The position numbers were made by a program, and so were the translations under genes. A DNA stretch of 63,603 nucleotides, counting the filler, from Octopus bimaculoides (lineage: Eukaryota), in assembly GCF_001194135.2 (NCBI RefSeq). It is 5 parts of 4 records of this genome, joined end to end, with 100 filler letters (N's around TTAATTAATTAA, not from the genome) between each part and the next. Parts side by side here need not be neighbours in the genome. Positions count along the whole stretch, not along the records: positions 13,987 to 41,927 come from NC_068981.1; positions 42,028 to 56,966 come from NC_068983.1; 3 more parts are not named here. One strand, 5' to 3'. Numbering within the stretch: position 1 is the stretch's first letter; every line of letters starts with the position of its first letter. Positions 37,671-50,846 of this stretch are shown in pieces. The notes beneath the pieces were generated by a model, which was not told where the DNA came from, made no database searches, and was given only the letters and a program-made list of their open reading frames with translations.

Positions 37671-38833
37671 TATTAGTGTTGCTTAATACGTTTTGCTAAA
37701 ATTGCTGTTTCTTTCCAGATATCATCAGGAAAGGTAATTAAAATGCATTAAAGTGATAGATCTATTGGAATTTCAAAAAGGTCAAATTGTCGGTGCTCGT
37801 TTGGCTTGCGCTAGTGTAACGAAAACAACCGAAGTGTTTGGTGGATCAAGAAGTACCGTCTCGAAAGTAATGACAGCTTTTGAGAAAGAGGGAAAAACCT
37901 CCTCGTCGAAACAAAACACCGGAACAAAACCAAAACTTTCAGATAGGGACCGTCGGACTCTAATGCGAATTGTTAGAAAGGATCACAAAAGTTCAACTCA
38001 CAAAATTACTGCAGAGCTTAACGACCACCTCGAGAACCTAGTTTCCACAAAAACTGTTCGCTGTGAGCTGCACAAAGTCGAATTTTACGGGAGGGCTGCA
38101 ATGAGAAAACCACTACTTTCAAGAACAAACGTTGCAAAGTGTTTAGAATGGAGTAAACACCTACAGAATTGATCCCTAGAGCAGTGGAAGAATGTTATTT
38201 TCTCGGACGAGTCATCCTTTACCTTATTTCCGACTACAGGCTGAGTATACATGTGAAGACAGCCAAAAGCAGCATTTGACCCAGACTACTTTCTTCCAAC
38301 TGTTAAACATGGAGGAGGATCTGTGATGATCTGGAGGGCTATATCTTGGAAATCCGCCGGCCCAATGATTTCTCTTCATGGCGGAATTAATAGTCAAGAC
38401 TATTTAAGTATTTTATCTGATCAAATTCATCCTATGGTTGCGGAACTGTTTCCGGAGAGAAACGCAATCTTTCAGGATGATAATGCACAAATTCCCACAG
38501 CTAAAGTTGTTACTGAATGGCACAAGGAACATTCTAGTGAAGTTGAACATCTTATCTGGCCACCAGTCTTCAGATCTCAATATTATCGAAAATTTATGGT
38601 GCATTTTAGAAAAACAAGTAAGGAGTCGATATCCTCCACCATCATCATTACAAGAACTGGAGACTGTTTTAGCTGAAGAATGGACAAAAATTCCTTTGGA
38701 AACAATTCAAACTTTGTACGAGTTCATTCTCGTAGAATTCAACCTGTAATTACTGCCAAAAGTAGTCTTATCCCATATTAAAATAAATTTGTTTGAAATT
38801 TTAAGGTGTTTCCATTATTTTGTCCAACCCCTG
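37671..38833 (+). mobile_element. Tc1 transposon with near-complete pseudogenised transposase (37753-38780), DD36E-like; left TIR lost in gap
   Basis: HTH, GxKPKL, FSDES, VKHGGGSVMIW, FQDDNA, WP-QSSDLNIIENLW; right TIR (rc CAGGGGTTGGACAAAATAATGGAAACAC) followed by TA. Confidence 0.92.
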
Positions 38834-40445
38834 TATATATGGTAGAGGCACATAGCCTAGTGGTTAGAGCAGCGGACCCGTGGTCGAGGGATCGCAGGCT
38901 CGAATCTCAGACCGGGTGATGCGTGTGTTTATGAGCGAAAACACCCAAGTTCCACGGCGGCTCCAGCAGAAGGTAATAGCGAACTTCTGTTGACTCTTTC
39001 GCCACAACTTTCTCTCACTCTTTCCTCCTCCTGCATCTAGCGGCTCACTTGTGACGGATCGGTGGGGAACCTATATGCCAATGAAACCGGGAAACCAGCC
39101 TTTATAAGCCAGGGATGACTCGTGAAGGAACAAGCAACATTATATATATATGTATGTACTTGTATTTTTGAAAAAGGAAAAGAATGACTTCACAAATGGA
39201 ACCAGCAGAAGATCACTTTCACAAGCCCTTCATAAAACACGGCTTAAACACCTCACCACCTCTCAACTCCACCCTCAATCAATTATCTTGTTTTTACCAT
39301 TCACTCTTTTCTTTCAGCACTTGTTCATTAACATTCTTTCTCTCTCACACTCATTAACAAAACCCCACACACCACCCCAGACACACCCAAATCTTTTATA
39401 TATAGAATCACACAGCACAATACAACCTGAGGTAAGTTTCACAATCTCCACTGACGAATGCGAGAAATTTCTCCAGAAAAGTTAAGGAATCTTTAAAAAA
39501 TCTCGCCACCGAAGTTGACAATGAACTTACTAGATCATAAAACCAAACTGTAAAATTATATTATTAGAAAATTAAATTGATTAGAACATCCAGTGAAGTA
39601 ATTCTTTTCTTTTTTCAAATTTAACTAGCTGTACCAAAGATTTCACACATTTTCCACACACATATACTCTTTACTCTTTCCTCTTTTACTTGTTTCAGTC
39701 ATTTGACTGCGGGCATGCTGGAGCACCGCCTTTAGTCGAGCAAATCGACCCCAGGACTTATTCTTTGTAAGCCTAGTACTTATTCTATCGGTTTCTTTTG
39801 CCAAACCGCTAAGTTACGGGGGCGTAAACACACCAGCATCGGTTGTAAAGCGATGTTGGGGGTGGACAAACACAGACACACAAACATATACACACACATA
39901 CATATATATACATATATACGACAGGCTTCTTTCAGTTTCCGTCTACCAAATCCACTCACAAGGCTTTGGTCGGCCCGATGCTATAGTAGAAGACACTTTT
40001 CCAAGGTGCTACGCAGTGGGAATNNNNNNNNNNNNNNNNNNNNNNNNNNNNNNNNNNNNNNNNNNNNNNNNNNNNNNNNNNNNNNNNNNNNNNNNNNNNN
40101 NNNNNNNNNNNNNNNNNNNNNNNNNNNNNNNNNNNNNNNNNNNNNNNNNNNNNNNNNNNNNNNNNNNNNNNNNNNNNNNNNNNNNNNNNNNNNNNNNNNN
40201 NNNNNNNNNNNNNNNNNNNNNNNNNNNNNNNNNNNNNNNNNNNNNNNNNNNNNNNNNNNNNNNNNNNNNNNNNNNNNNNNNNNNNNNNNNNNNNNNNNNN
40301 NNNNNNNNNNNNNNNNNNNNNNNNNNNNNNNNNNNNNNNNNNNNNNNNNNNNNNNNNNNNNNNNNNNNNNNNNNNNNNNNNNNCGGCAACTGCTATGTAT
40401 ATATATAGAGCTTTTGCCGGTTAATAGCACTCTGAAGAAGCGGCA

Positions 40446-40490
<45 letters not shown>

Positions 40491-41872
40491 ACGTACGTAT
40501 ATATATATTCACACATATGTGTGTGTGTGTGTGTGTGTGTGTTTGTGTGTGTGTTGTATAGAGAATACGATTATATTAACAGTTTAAAACTTTTAAAATT
40601 ATTGTCTATATCATTCGAATCCTTTATGCTTCGTTTGAATCAATAAAGTTTAAAAAAATTATCATCTACAATATTTCTTTGCTCCTCTGTCTCATCAGAA
40701 TAAGAAGTGTTCTTATCGTTTGTAACTACTACTTTTTATGTGAAGTAACAGTAATTTCTGTAGTCTTCATCACCTGATGTTGCTTAGATTAGACAGTATT
40801 GTTGGAAATTGAAATTTTATGGTTTGGTTTATATCTTATTTGTCACCTGTGCTTGGCTATAAAGTTTATATGTTGCCTCTGTGTACAGTGTAGCAATCTG
40901 TTGTTTTATGAGTAATGCCTTCATCATTAAAGCTTTATTATTGTGGAGATTTCCTTAAAACGTGGTTGTGATGTCCACTAACATCTTTCCATTTAGATTT
41001 GCTCACACACGCTTGCAATAAGAAGCAATTTCAACACACAACGCTATACAAGTCTCTTGGGTATGACTTTAAATGGAATCCATTGTGTGATTCTGGTTCT
41101 GGAGTATGAGGGTTTTGAGGAATGTGGAACCACCTCTTAGCTACTATTGTTCTCGGGTCTACTCTGATCCGGAGTAGTTGCACCTGTCAGGGTCGCATCA
41201 ATAGCTTGATAGTAGTGTCTCTCAGTTCGGGAAAGACGGTTCTGAAATTTGTTGCTGAACGACTTGCATCAAATGATTTGTCTTTAATAAAATATTTGTA
41301 CTGTGCAGTAGCCCACTCCCACCATCAAATAGACGTTGCCCGAACAAGCGGTGACCTGATGTTTGTTAGTTTGAGAAGTAATTGAAAGATAGATAGATAG
41401 ATAAAGAGAGAGAGATAATTCATTATAAAATATACGTAAAGAATCTCTTTGGAGGATGCAGTGTATCGGAAGTTTATATGAAACTCCCTCTACGTGACGG
41501 CTTCAAATAATAAAACCTTATTGAGAAGATAGTCACTAGAGACAGTGTTTGGAATGATGCAATAATGAACATCTTCAATACGCGAATTTTACAGCTTCAG
41601 GAAATTAGATAACACTTCAACTAGCTTTAATTAATATTTTCCATTTGCTTCAGTTGCTTTCTTGTTTATAAACAGGGTGTATGAGTAAAACTCGTACTTA
41701 TAAGGAAAACATACCGGAATCTTTACAGAAACGGCGTACAACGTCAAGTGTCGACGTGATTGTTGAGCAACGTGAGATGAAGTGTTTTGCTTAAGGGCAC
41801 AATACACCACTCTGTCCAGGAATTGAAACTACGATCTCGTGATCATGTGTGCAACACCCTAACACTAGGTCA

Positions 41873-41927
<55 letters not shown>

Positions 41928-42027
41928 NNNNNNNNNNNNNNNNNNNNNNNNNNNNNNNNNNNNNNNNNNNNTTAATTAATTAANNNNNNNNNNNNNNNNN
42001 NNNNNNNNNNNNNNNNNNNNNNNNNNN

Positions 42028-42067
<40 letters not shown>

Positions 42068-42387
42068 ATCAATGTATGAGTCGTTTGATGTGATGTGGTG
42101 TTGTGGATACATACATGTGTGTAACAATGCATTGATAGCATTGGATGAAAAGATAGACTTTACAGAGCCAAAGTGAATATATACGCAACTACTGTAGTTG
42201 ATTTGATGGCGTCTTTATTAAATTTCTTGTCGGAAATGTATAAAAATAGCCTGAAATTATGTATATCGATGTAAGCAGAGAAGCAAAGGTATTTTGTGCA
42301 TAGAAATTCTGAATAAAGTCTTAAGTTGAATTTTTGTATGCAAAATCAATAGAATTAAGAAAATAGGAACCGTCAGCACCTGTGTCA

Positions 42388-42686
42388 TCATATTACTGAA
42401 GTGGAAAATATAGCTGTGGAAGTGGATAGGCATAGGAGTGAGGAGGAGGAAGAGGAGGAAAAGAGGGAAATATGGAGGAGGTGAGAGAGATGAAGAAAAA
42501 GAAGGTGAAGAATGTGAAGATAATGAAGAAGACGACGAGGAGGAGGAGCAGGAGGAGCAGGAGGAGAAGAAGAAAAAGGTAGAGAAGGAGTAGGAAAAGA
42601 AGAAGCAGCAGGAAAAGGAGGAGGAGAAGAAGAAGAAAAAGGAGAAATGGAATAAGAAAAAGAAGAAGAAGAAGAATCACGAAGAA

Positions 42687-42723
<37 letters not shown>

Positions 42724-42959
42724 GAGAAGTAGAAGAAGAAGAAGAAGGAAAAGAATAAGAATAATAATAATAAGAAGAATCAAGAAGAAGAAGAAGAAGA
42801 AAGAGAAGGAGAAGAAGAAGAAGAAGACGAAGAAGAAGAAGAAGAAGAAGAAGAATCAAGAAGAAGAAAAATCAAGAAGACGACGACGAAGAAGAAGAAG
42901 AAGAANNNNNNNNNNAGAAGAGGAAGAAGAAAAAGAAGAAGAAGAAGAAGAATCACGAA

Positions 42960-42996
<37 letters not shown>

Positions 42997-43262
42997 GAGA
43001 AGGAGAAGTAGAAGAAGAAGAAGAAGGAAAAGAATAAGAATAATAATAAGAAGAAGAATCAAGAAGAAGAAGAAGAAGAAAGAGAAGAAGAAGAAGAAGA
43101 AGAAGAAGAAGAAGAAGAAGAATCAAAAAGAAGAAGAAAAATCAAGAAGACGACGACGAAGAAGAAGAAGAAGAAGAAGAAGAAGAAGAAAAAGAAAAGA
43201 GAAGAAGAAGGAGGAGAAGAATCAAGAAGAAGAAGAAGAAAAAGAAGAAGAAGAAGAAGAAG
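42388..43262. repeat. Long purine-rich (GAA/GAG)n tract with higher-order duplication
   Basis: Direct reading; motif GAATAAGAATAATAATAA(TAA)GAAG appears twice around a 10-N gap. Confidence 0.9.
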
Positions 43263-44259
43263 AATGGAATTAAATGTAATGACTTTGGGCTATGTAGTGC
43301 ATTTCTTTCGGAAAAGAGACATTGATCTGTATTAAACTTTCTACGATAACGTGGAGCAAGATGTCTGATTCGCTTGTGTCGGAGTAAGAGTTTATCAAAG
43401 CATAAGAGAACGATAGAGAGTGGTGTGTGCGGTAGAATAACAACAGTGGCTCAGTGTAACTTATTGAAAACAGGGTAACGAATCAGAGAACATTGATGTT
43501 GAAAGAAGCAATGGAAGGAGGAAAGACGGAAGAAAATAAAGGGAAAAGGCGGAAGAAAAAATATATAAAGAGAAGACATTGAATTATAAGAAATAGATGA
43601 AAGAATAGAGAATAATTGGACAAAAGAATATAAAGTCGATTGAAATGAGATATGGGTGTGGTTTGGAGACAATAGAGAATCATGGGAAATCTTGAAGAAA
43701 TGGCAGTCTTTAAATTCGACAGTGAAACCTTGAAACCTTGGAACCTTGATCTGTGCGGAACAAGGAAAAGCATTCCGATCATCAAATAATGTCAGCTTTT
43801 AAATAGAGGTGTGTGTGTGTGTGTAAGTGTGTGTGTGTGTGTAAGTGTGTGTGTGTGTGTGTGTGTAAGNNNNNNNNNNNNNNNNNNNNNNNNNNNNNNN
43901 NNNNNNNNNNNNNNNNNNNNNNNNNNNNNNNNNNNNNNNNNNNNNNNNNNNNNNNNNNNNNNNNNNTTCCGATCATCAAATAATGTCAGCTTTTAAATAG
44001 AGGTGTGTGTGTGTGTGTAAGTGTGTGTGTGTGTGTAAGTGTGTGTGTGTGTGTGTAAGTGTGTGTGTGTGGGTACGTACATAGATACATAAAGAATCAC
44101 ATACTATCACCCACACGTCAGCAAACATGCATACAGACACAGACATAAACACAAGCATACTCACACACACAGAGACACACACTCACGTACTCATGCGTAC
44201 TCAAACATGTACATACATACATACATTCATATGCGTGTGTGTGTGCCTGTGTTTGTGCG

Positions 44260-44290
<31 letters not shown>

Positions 44291-44643
44291 NNNNNNNNNN
44301 NNNNNNNNNNNNNNNNNNNNNNNNNNNNNNNNNNNNNNNNNNNNNNNNNNNNNNNNNNNNNNNNNNNNNNNNNNNNNNNNNNNNNNNNNNNNNNNNNNNN
44401 NNNNNNNNNNNNNNNNNNNNNNNNNNNNNNNNNNNNNNNNNNNNNNNNNNNNNNNNNNNNNNNNNNNNNNNNNNNNNNNNNNNNNNNNNNNNNNNNNNNN
44501 NNNNNNNNNNNNNNNNNNNNNNNNNNNNNNNNNNNNNNNNNNNNNNNNNNNNNNNNNNNNNNNNNNNNNNNNNNNNNNNNNNNNNNNNNNNNNNNNNTAT
44601 ATATACATATATTTATATATATATATATATATTATATATATAC

Positions 44644-44674
<31 letters not shown>

Positions 44675-44899
44675 CATATATATATATGTGTGAATATATA
44701 TATACATACACGTATATTTGTATATGTATGTACGGTGATGAATGTGAAATAATTTCGTATATTATGAGTGAATGCCAGAAGCGTATAGAGAATAAAGACG
44801 AAAATAAAATAAAATGAAATAAACTAAAATAAAATGAAAAGCGGAATAGTATTATTGGTCGAGTCGTTCATTTAAAGATGAATAGACTCCACCAATTGG

Positions 44900-45370
44900 A
44901 TGAAAGAACAAAACCCAGAAATGATATTGGGAATAAGAACGTAAATCTCGCGGGATTTGAACATCCAAAGCGATTATGTAGCGGAACACAAATATACTGA
45001 CATTATAGGGATAAATAAAGAAGAGAGAGAGAGAAAGAAATACTTGGCTATAGACATAGCTATCCCAGAAGACAACAGAGTGGAACAGAAAGAAGGCGAA
45101 AAATTGCGAAACAGAAAATAACAAAGAAAAACAAACAAAGATAAAATAAGATATATTGAATTGAAAAAAGAGAAAAGGACAGGGAAAGAAACGTATCTGG
45201 TCATTGAAAAAAAAGGGGATGAAAAAATTGCGAAATCGTTCCAGCGATAATTGGTGCAGTATGAGTGCTTAGCAAACATTTGAAAGTATTTAGAAAACGT
45301 CTATAAGTCGAAATGTATTTGGAACACGTCCAAAATAAGGTTTTGCTTGGAATGGCTTGAATATTGGAGG
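44900..45370 (+). mobile_element. Degenerate R4/Dong-like REL domain
   Basis: DLNIQSDYVAEHKYTDII...LAIDIAIPEDNRVEQKEGEK...IVPAIIGAV...NKVLLGMA with frameshifts. Confidence 0.75.
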
Positions 45371-45844
45371 GGGAAAAAAATGAAAAATACAGGAAACAAC
45401 AATATATATATATATATGTATAAAAAAATGAAGTATTAGCCAATGACATTTTAGGTCAGTGGTTGTGATCAGTTTTAAAGCAAAACTAACCAATGAAATT
45501 ATTTGATTCGTGAGTAAAATAATATATTCCTCTTTTGGCACGTGTTTACGAACTCTGATTAATGGATTAGTGGATTATATTGATCTCAGTAGATTAATGG
45601 TACTGCTGTCTTATTGACCCCCACCGAAATGAAAAAAAAACAAAAAAAACAAGAACGGAAGGAAAAGATAACTTCGCTGGGACTTGAACTCCGAATGGCG
45701 TGATTTAATACTGCCAATCATTTTGTCTGTCACGCTAACTTCTAAAATTGTTTTGCTAGAAATGGCAGCACAATTGCCTTCAAACCTAACCCTGGTATCT
45801 TTAAAATAGCTGAATTAACCCCAGGTTAATCTTGTTTAACCCGA

Positions 45845-46110
45845 TCTATGACAACAGATGTTCCAACTGAGCCCATCGCAAATCTATACAGGTATGTAAC
45901 CACTAGAGATCGCTGATCATAGCGTTCCAAATACGACCATCCTGTATTTCGACGGTTGTACAAGCTACAGAACTATGGTCACAGGTATTCCAACTGTGAC
46001 CATCCTGTAGTTTTACAGATCTATGATCGTAAGCTTTCCAAATGTGACCATCCAGTATTTTTGCAGCTATGTATGACAACTGCAACACCTGTGGTCATAG
46101 ATCTGTAGTT
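45845..46110 (+). repeat. Degenerate array of ~40-bp hairpin units (...TTCCAA-TGTGACCATCC...)
   Basis: 4-5 related units; best unit forms ATGGTCACAG/CTGTGACCAT stem. Confidence 0.55.
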
Positions 46111-46161
46111 TTACAAGCACCACAAATCTAAAGTTATATGTGTTCTATCTGGGTCATCAGC

Positions 46162-46502
46162 AGAGGCGCAATGGCTCAGTGGTTAGGGCAGCGGACTCGC
46201 GGTCATAAGATCGCGGCTTCGATTCTCAGACCGGGCGTTGTGAGCGTTTATTGAGCGAAAACACCTAAAGCTCCACGAGGCTCCGACAGGGGATGGTGGC
46301 GAGCCCTGCTGTACTCTTTCACCACAACTTTCTCTCACCCTTACTTCCTGTTTCTGTTGTGCCTGTAATTCAAAGGGTCAGCCTTGTCACACTGTGTCAC
46401 GCTGAATATCCCCGAGAACTACGTTAAGGGTACATGTGTCTGTGGAGTGCTCAGCCACTTGCACGTTAATTTCACAAGCAGGCTATTCCGTTGATCGGAT
46501 CA
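46162..46502 (+). mobile_element. tRNA-derived SINE family 3; reverse copy at 13987-14260, variant at 38845-39135
   Basis: TGGCTCAGTGG A box, TTCGATTC B box, shared body GAGCGAAAACACCTAAAGCTCCACGAGG. Confidence 0.85.
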
Positions 46503-47269
46503 NNNNNNNNNNNNNNNNNNNNNNNNNNNNNNNNNNNNNNNNNNNNNNNNNNNNNNNNNNNNNNNNNNNNNNNNNNNNNNNNNNNNNNNNNNNNNNNNNN
46601 NNNNNNNNNNNNNNNNNNNNNNNNNNNNNNNNNNNNNNNNNNNNNNNNNNNNNNNNNNNNNNNNNNNNNNNNNNNNNNNNNNNNNNNNNNNNNNNNNNNN
46701 NNNNNNNNNNNNNNNNNNNNNNNNNNNNNNNNNNNNNNNNNNNNNNNNNNNNNNNNNNNNNNNNNNNNNNNNNNNNNNNNNNNNNNNNNNNNNNNNNNNN
46801 NNNNNNNNNNNNNNNNNNNNNNNNNNNNNNNNNNNNNNNNNNNNNNNNNNNNNNNNNNNNNNNNNNNNNNNNNNNNNNNNNNNNNNNNNNNNNNNNNNNN
46901 NNNNNNNNNNNNNNNNNNNNNNNNNNNNNNNNNNNNNNNNNNNNNNNNNNNNNNNNNNNNNNNNNNNNNNNNNNNNNNNNNNNNNNNNNNNNNNNNNNNN
47001 NNNNNNNNNNNNNNNNNNNNNNNNNNNNNNNNNNNNNNNNNNNNNNNNNNNNNNNNNNNNNNNNNNNNNNNNNNNNNNNNNNNNNNNNNNNNNNNNNNNN
47101 NNNNNATACCAAAAAGATTTTCTAACATTTTTCTAACATTTTTCTTACATTTTTCTGACATAATTTAAATATATACTTTAACCATGTAACACAAGCCTTC
47201 TGTAGTTTTTTCACTCTTATTATCTTTTATATATCCAACCACGTGCTTTCACATACCAACTTTCTCAAC

Positions 47270-47301
<32 letters not shown>

Positions 47302-47344
47302 TACAAACGTTTTTATATGACTATATGAATATATATACATATGT

Positions 47345-47652
47345 CTGAAAGCGCGTGGTTTAGTGGTTAGGGCATTCGGCTCACGATCGTAAGATCGTGA
47401 GTTCAATTTCCAGCAATGCGTTGTTTCCTTGAGCAAGACACTTTTCTTCACGTTGCTCCAGTCCACTCAGCTGGCAAAAATGAGTAGTACCTGTATTTCA
47501 AAGGGCCAGCCTTATCACACACAATGTCACGCTGAGTCTCCCCGAAATACACGTGTCTGTGGAGTGCTCACCCACTTGCACCTTAATTTCACGAGCAAGC
47601 TGTTCCGTTGATCGTATCAGCTGGGACCCTCGTCATCGTAACCGACGGAGTA
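47345..47652 (+). mobile_element. tRNA-derived SINE family 4; relatives at 25500-25800(+), 35775-36105(-), 41740-41870(-), 47920-48120(+)
   Basis: TGGTTTAGTGG A box, GAGTTCAATTT B box, core TTGAGCAAGACACT...CACGTTGCTCCAGTCCACTCAGCTG. Confidence 0.8.
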
Positions 47653-47710
47653 CTCTTTGTACATATGTACATCTATATTTGTGTGCGTACACACACAAGC
47701 GCGCATACAC

Positions 47711-47749
<39 letters not shown>

Positions 47750-49905
47750 TACACACACACACACAGAAATATAACATCAAATTCAGATTAGCTGCTTCTT
47801 TTGGTATCCATAGTCCGATGTAGTTTACACGTAATCTAGAATTTACAACTTCTCTGTAAATATAATGCATGAAGCCTCCCTCTTACTGTTATTTTAAAAC
47901 TGCATCTACGCAACACAAAGGCGCTTGGCCTATTGGTTATGGTGCTACACTCAGGATTGTATGATAGTAGTTTCGATTCCCGATTGGGACGGTGCGTTCT
48001 GTTCTTGAAAATACTGCATTTCACGTTGCTCCGGTCGATTCGACTTAAAATGAAGTTACCCTGTGACGGACTGGTGTATCATTTTCGGAGTTCTATCATT
48101 ATCTCGGCCATGTATATGCTATGGCCTTGTCTGACTGACTAGTGGTTTATCATCATTTAAAAGATACAGCAATGCGAAGAAGTGCATTGTAACCTGTGGT
48201 GTATAACAACATTCGAGAACTTTGTCGTGGCTGTAATCTTCATTGCAAATAAAAAGCTTAGAGATTCATAAACAATTGATGCTATGGTAAAAAAATTCCG
48301 GGTCTATAGGTTGTGGGTCTGGTTTGTGGTGGTGACTGGTTGTGATGATAAATGAAAATATTTTTCTTGGGCTGCGTGAACATTTAACAGAAGATCTTAT
48401 TACTGCACATAAAGACAAACTGCGTTAGCCTTTTACAGACTGCAGCAGCAATAATTATATACCGGGAGAGAGATTCTGCTTGGAGTTATGGCAAGCTATT
48501 GATGCAGCATCGTGCAGCTTGCCCAGCATAACTGGAAACAACTGTGCAGTATTCGTGTCGACGGAGGATCCTGTCATCTGTCTGTGTCATCTGTCTGTGT
48601 CATCTGTCTTAGCCGCCTTCTTGTGTCACCTGGCAGGTAAAAATGCGCACTGAACAGGTTTTATAAGGGGACAGGAAATCAGATTCTAGAATATTCGAGA
48701 AAACCTGTCCATACCATCTCTTCATGCTGATTCTTCATTAAAAGACCGATTACGTGAAACTCTGGTGGTTTGCCTGTGATGTATGACCTCGTATCCATGG
48801 ATTTGGTTTCGAATCATCACTACACTATAATGGTCCTGATACAACTGTACAACTTCCCCAAACTTATATAAGCAACCTACAAACCTGGTTTCAAAACGAC
48901 ATACTTGCAATCGCACCTGTTTGAATTCCACCATTTCTCTCTCCTTCCCTCCCTCTCTCTTTCTTCCCCTCACTCCCACTCTCCCTCTCTTTCTTCCCTC
49001 CATCTTTCTATTTCTCTCTCCCTCTTTCTTATCACCTCTTGCCTCTTTCCTTGGCAATAAGATCAGAGAGAATTAATTACAACCAAACAGAGAACTCAAC
49101 AACATAAACACACTACACCACTCGTAGATCCAGACAACATTTACAGATGACGAAAAATAACAAGACATACATAGCACACAACATCAACAGCATTCACAGC
49201 ACATGTGGAAGACATAGAAAACAAAAACAAACAACATGAAAGACTATCTTACATGTAGGATATACTGTTGGTTATTGCTCTCTCTCTCTCTCTTCCCCTC
49301 CCTCCCTCTCCCTCTCTCTCCCTCTCACTCCCTCTACCTTCTCTCTCTCTCTCTCTCTCTCTCTGCACACTGAATCTAAAACAAACAGGTCCGCCTATTT
49401 ACAATCTTAACGCTTCATAATATTAACGTCACCGCTACTACTACGACTACGACTACTACTACTACTACTACTACTACTATTGCTACTGCTACTACCACCA
49501 CCACNNNNNNNNNNNNNNNNNNNNNNNNNNNNNNNNNNNNNNNNNNNNNNNNNNNNNNNNNNNNNNNNNNNNNNNNNNNNNNNNNNNNNNNNNNNNNNNN
49601 NNNNNNNNNNNNNNNNNNNNNNNNNNNNNNNNNNNNNNNNNNNNNNNNNNNNNNNNNNNNNNNNNNNNNNNNNNNNNNNNNNNNNNNNNNNNNNNNNNNN
49701 NNNNNNNNNNNNNNNNNNNNNNNNNNNNNNNNNNNNNNNNNNNNNNNNNNNNNNNNNNNNNNNNNNNNNNNNNNNNNNNNNNNNNNNNNNNNNNNNNNNN
49801 NNNNNNNNNNNNNNNNNNNNNNNNNNNNNNNNNNNNNNNNNNNNNNNNNNNNNNNNNNNNNNNNNNNNNNNNNNNNNNNNNNNNNNNNNNNACCACCACC
49901 ACAAT

Positions 49906-49956
<51 letters not shown>

Positions 49957-50802
49957 CATCACCAATACTATCACCACCAACAACGATACTACTTCTACTA
50001 CCACCGCCACCACCACCATCAATCGGGGGAAATGAGCAGAAATTCTAAGCCCCGTACCAAAAACGAAAAGAATCGTAAATTGAAAAGCCAGACATAATCG
50101 TATCGTCACGATTTCAAACTTTGTGAAAATGTCACTTAGTTATCCTCAGCGAGTCTTACTGACCCAAGGGTCATAGAATATATCCATCTCAAGAACGTGT
50201 GCAATGAATGCGTATCAGTGGAAATTCCTGGTTGTAGTCGTCTTCTGACTGACTATTTTTAGCGTGTTGGTGCTACTTGCAGCATCCTTAATTATTAATT
50301 AATAATTTTTTTTTACCTTTATAGTATTACTTTTATGTTTTTTTTCATGCATGCTATGCCAATGGATATTATTGCAAACCATAATATTCCTTTCTTTTAG
50401 TTGTTTCAGTCATTTGACTGCGGCCATGCTGGAACACAGCCTTTAGTCGAACAAATCGACACCCAGACTTATTCTTTGTAAGTCTAGTACTTATTCTATC
50501 ATTGGTTTCTTTTGCTGAACCTCTAAGTTACGGGAACGTAAACACACCAACATCTGTTGTCAAGCGATGGTGCGGGGGACGAAAACAGATACACACACAC
50601 ATACATACGACGGGCCCCTTTCAGTTCCCGTCTACTAAATCCACTCACAAGGCTTTGGTCAGCCCGAGGCTATAGTGGAAGACACTTGCTCAAGGTGCCA
50701 GGCAGTGGGACTGAACCCGGAAACATGTGATTAGTAAGCAAGCTACTTATAACACAGCTACTCCTATGAAGAGATAGATGTTGATAGGGAGATGGATTGA
50801 TG

Positions 50803-50846
<44 letters not shown>

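Noticed and set aside
40672-40698. Minus-strand CTGATGA...GAAA as another hammerhead
   Set aside because: The intervening sequence cannot form stem II.
43330-43790. Possible LINE C-terminal remnant on the minus strand
   Set aside because: Only vague similarity in low-complexity pyrimidine-rich translation.
13060-46110. CRISPR-like appearance of the 28-bp repeat and the hairpin array
   Set aside because: Eukaryotic context, no cas genes; the first has no spacers and the second has degenerate repeats with irregular spacers.
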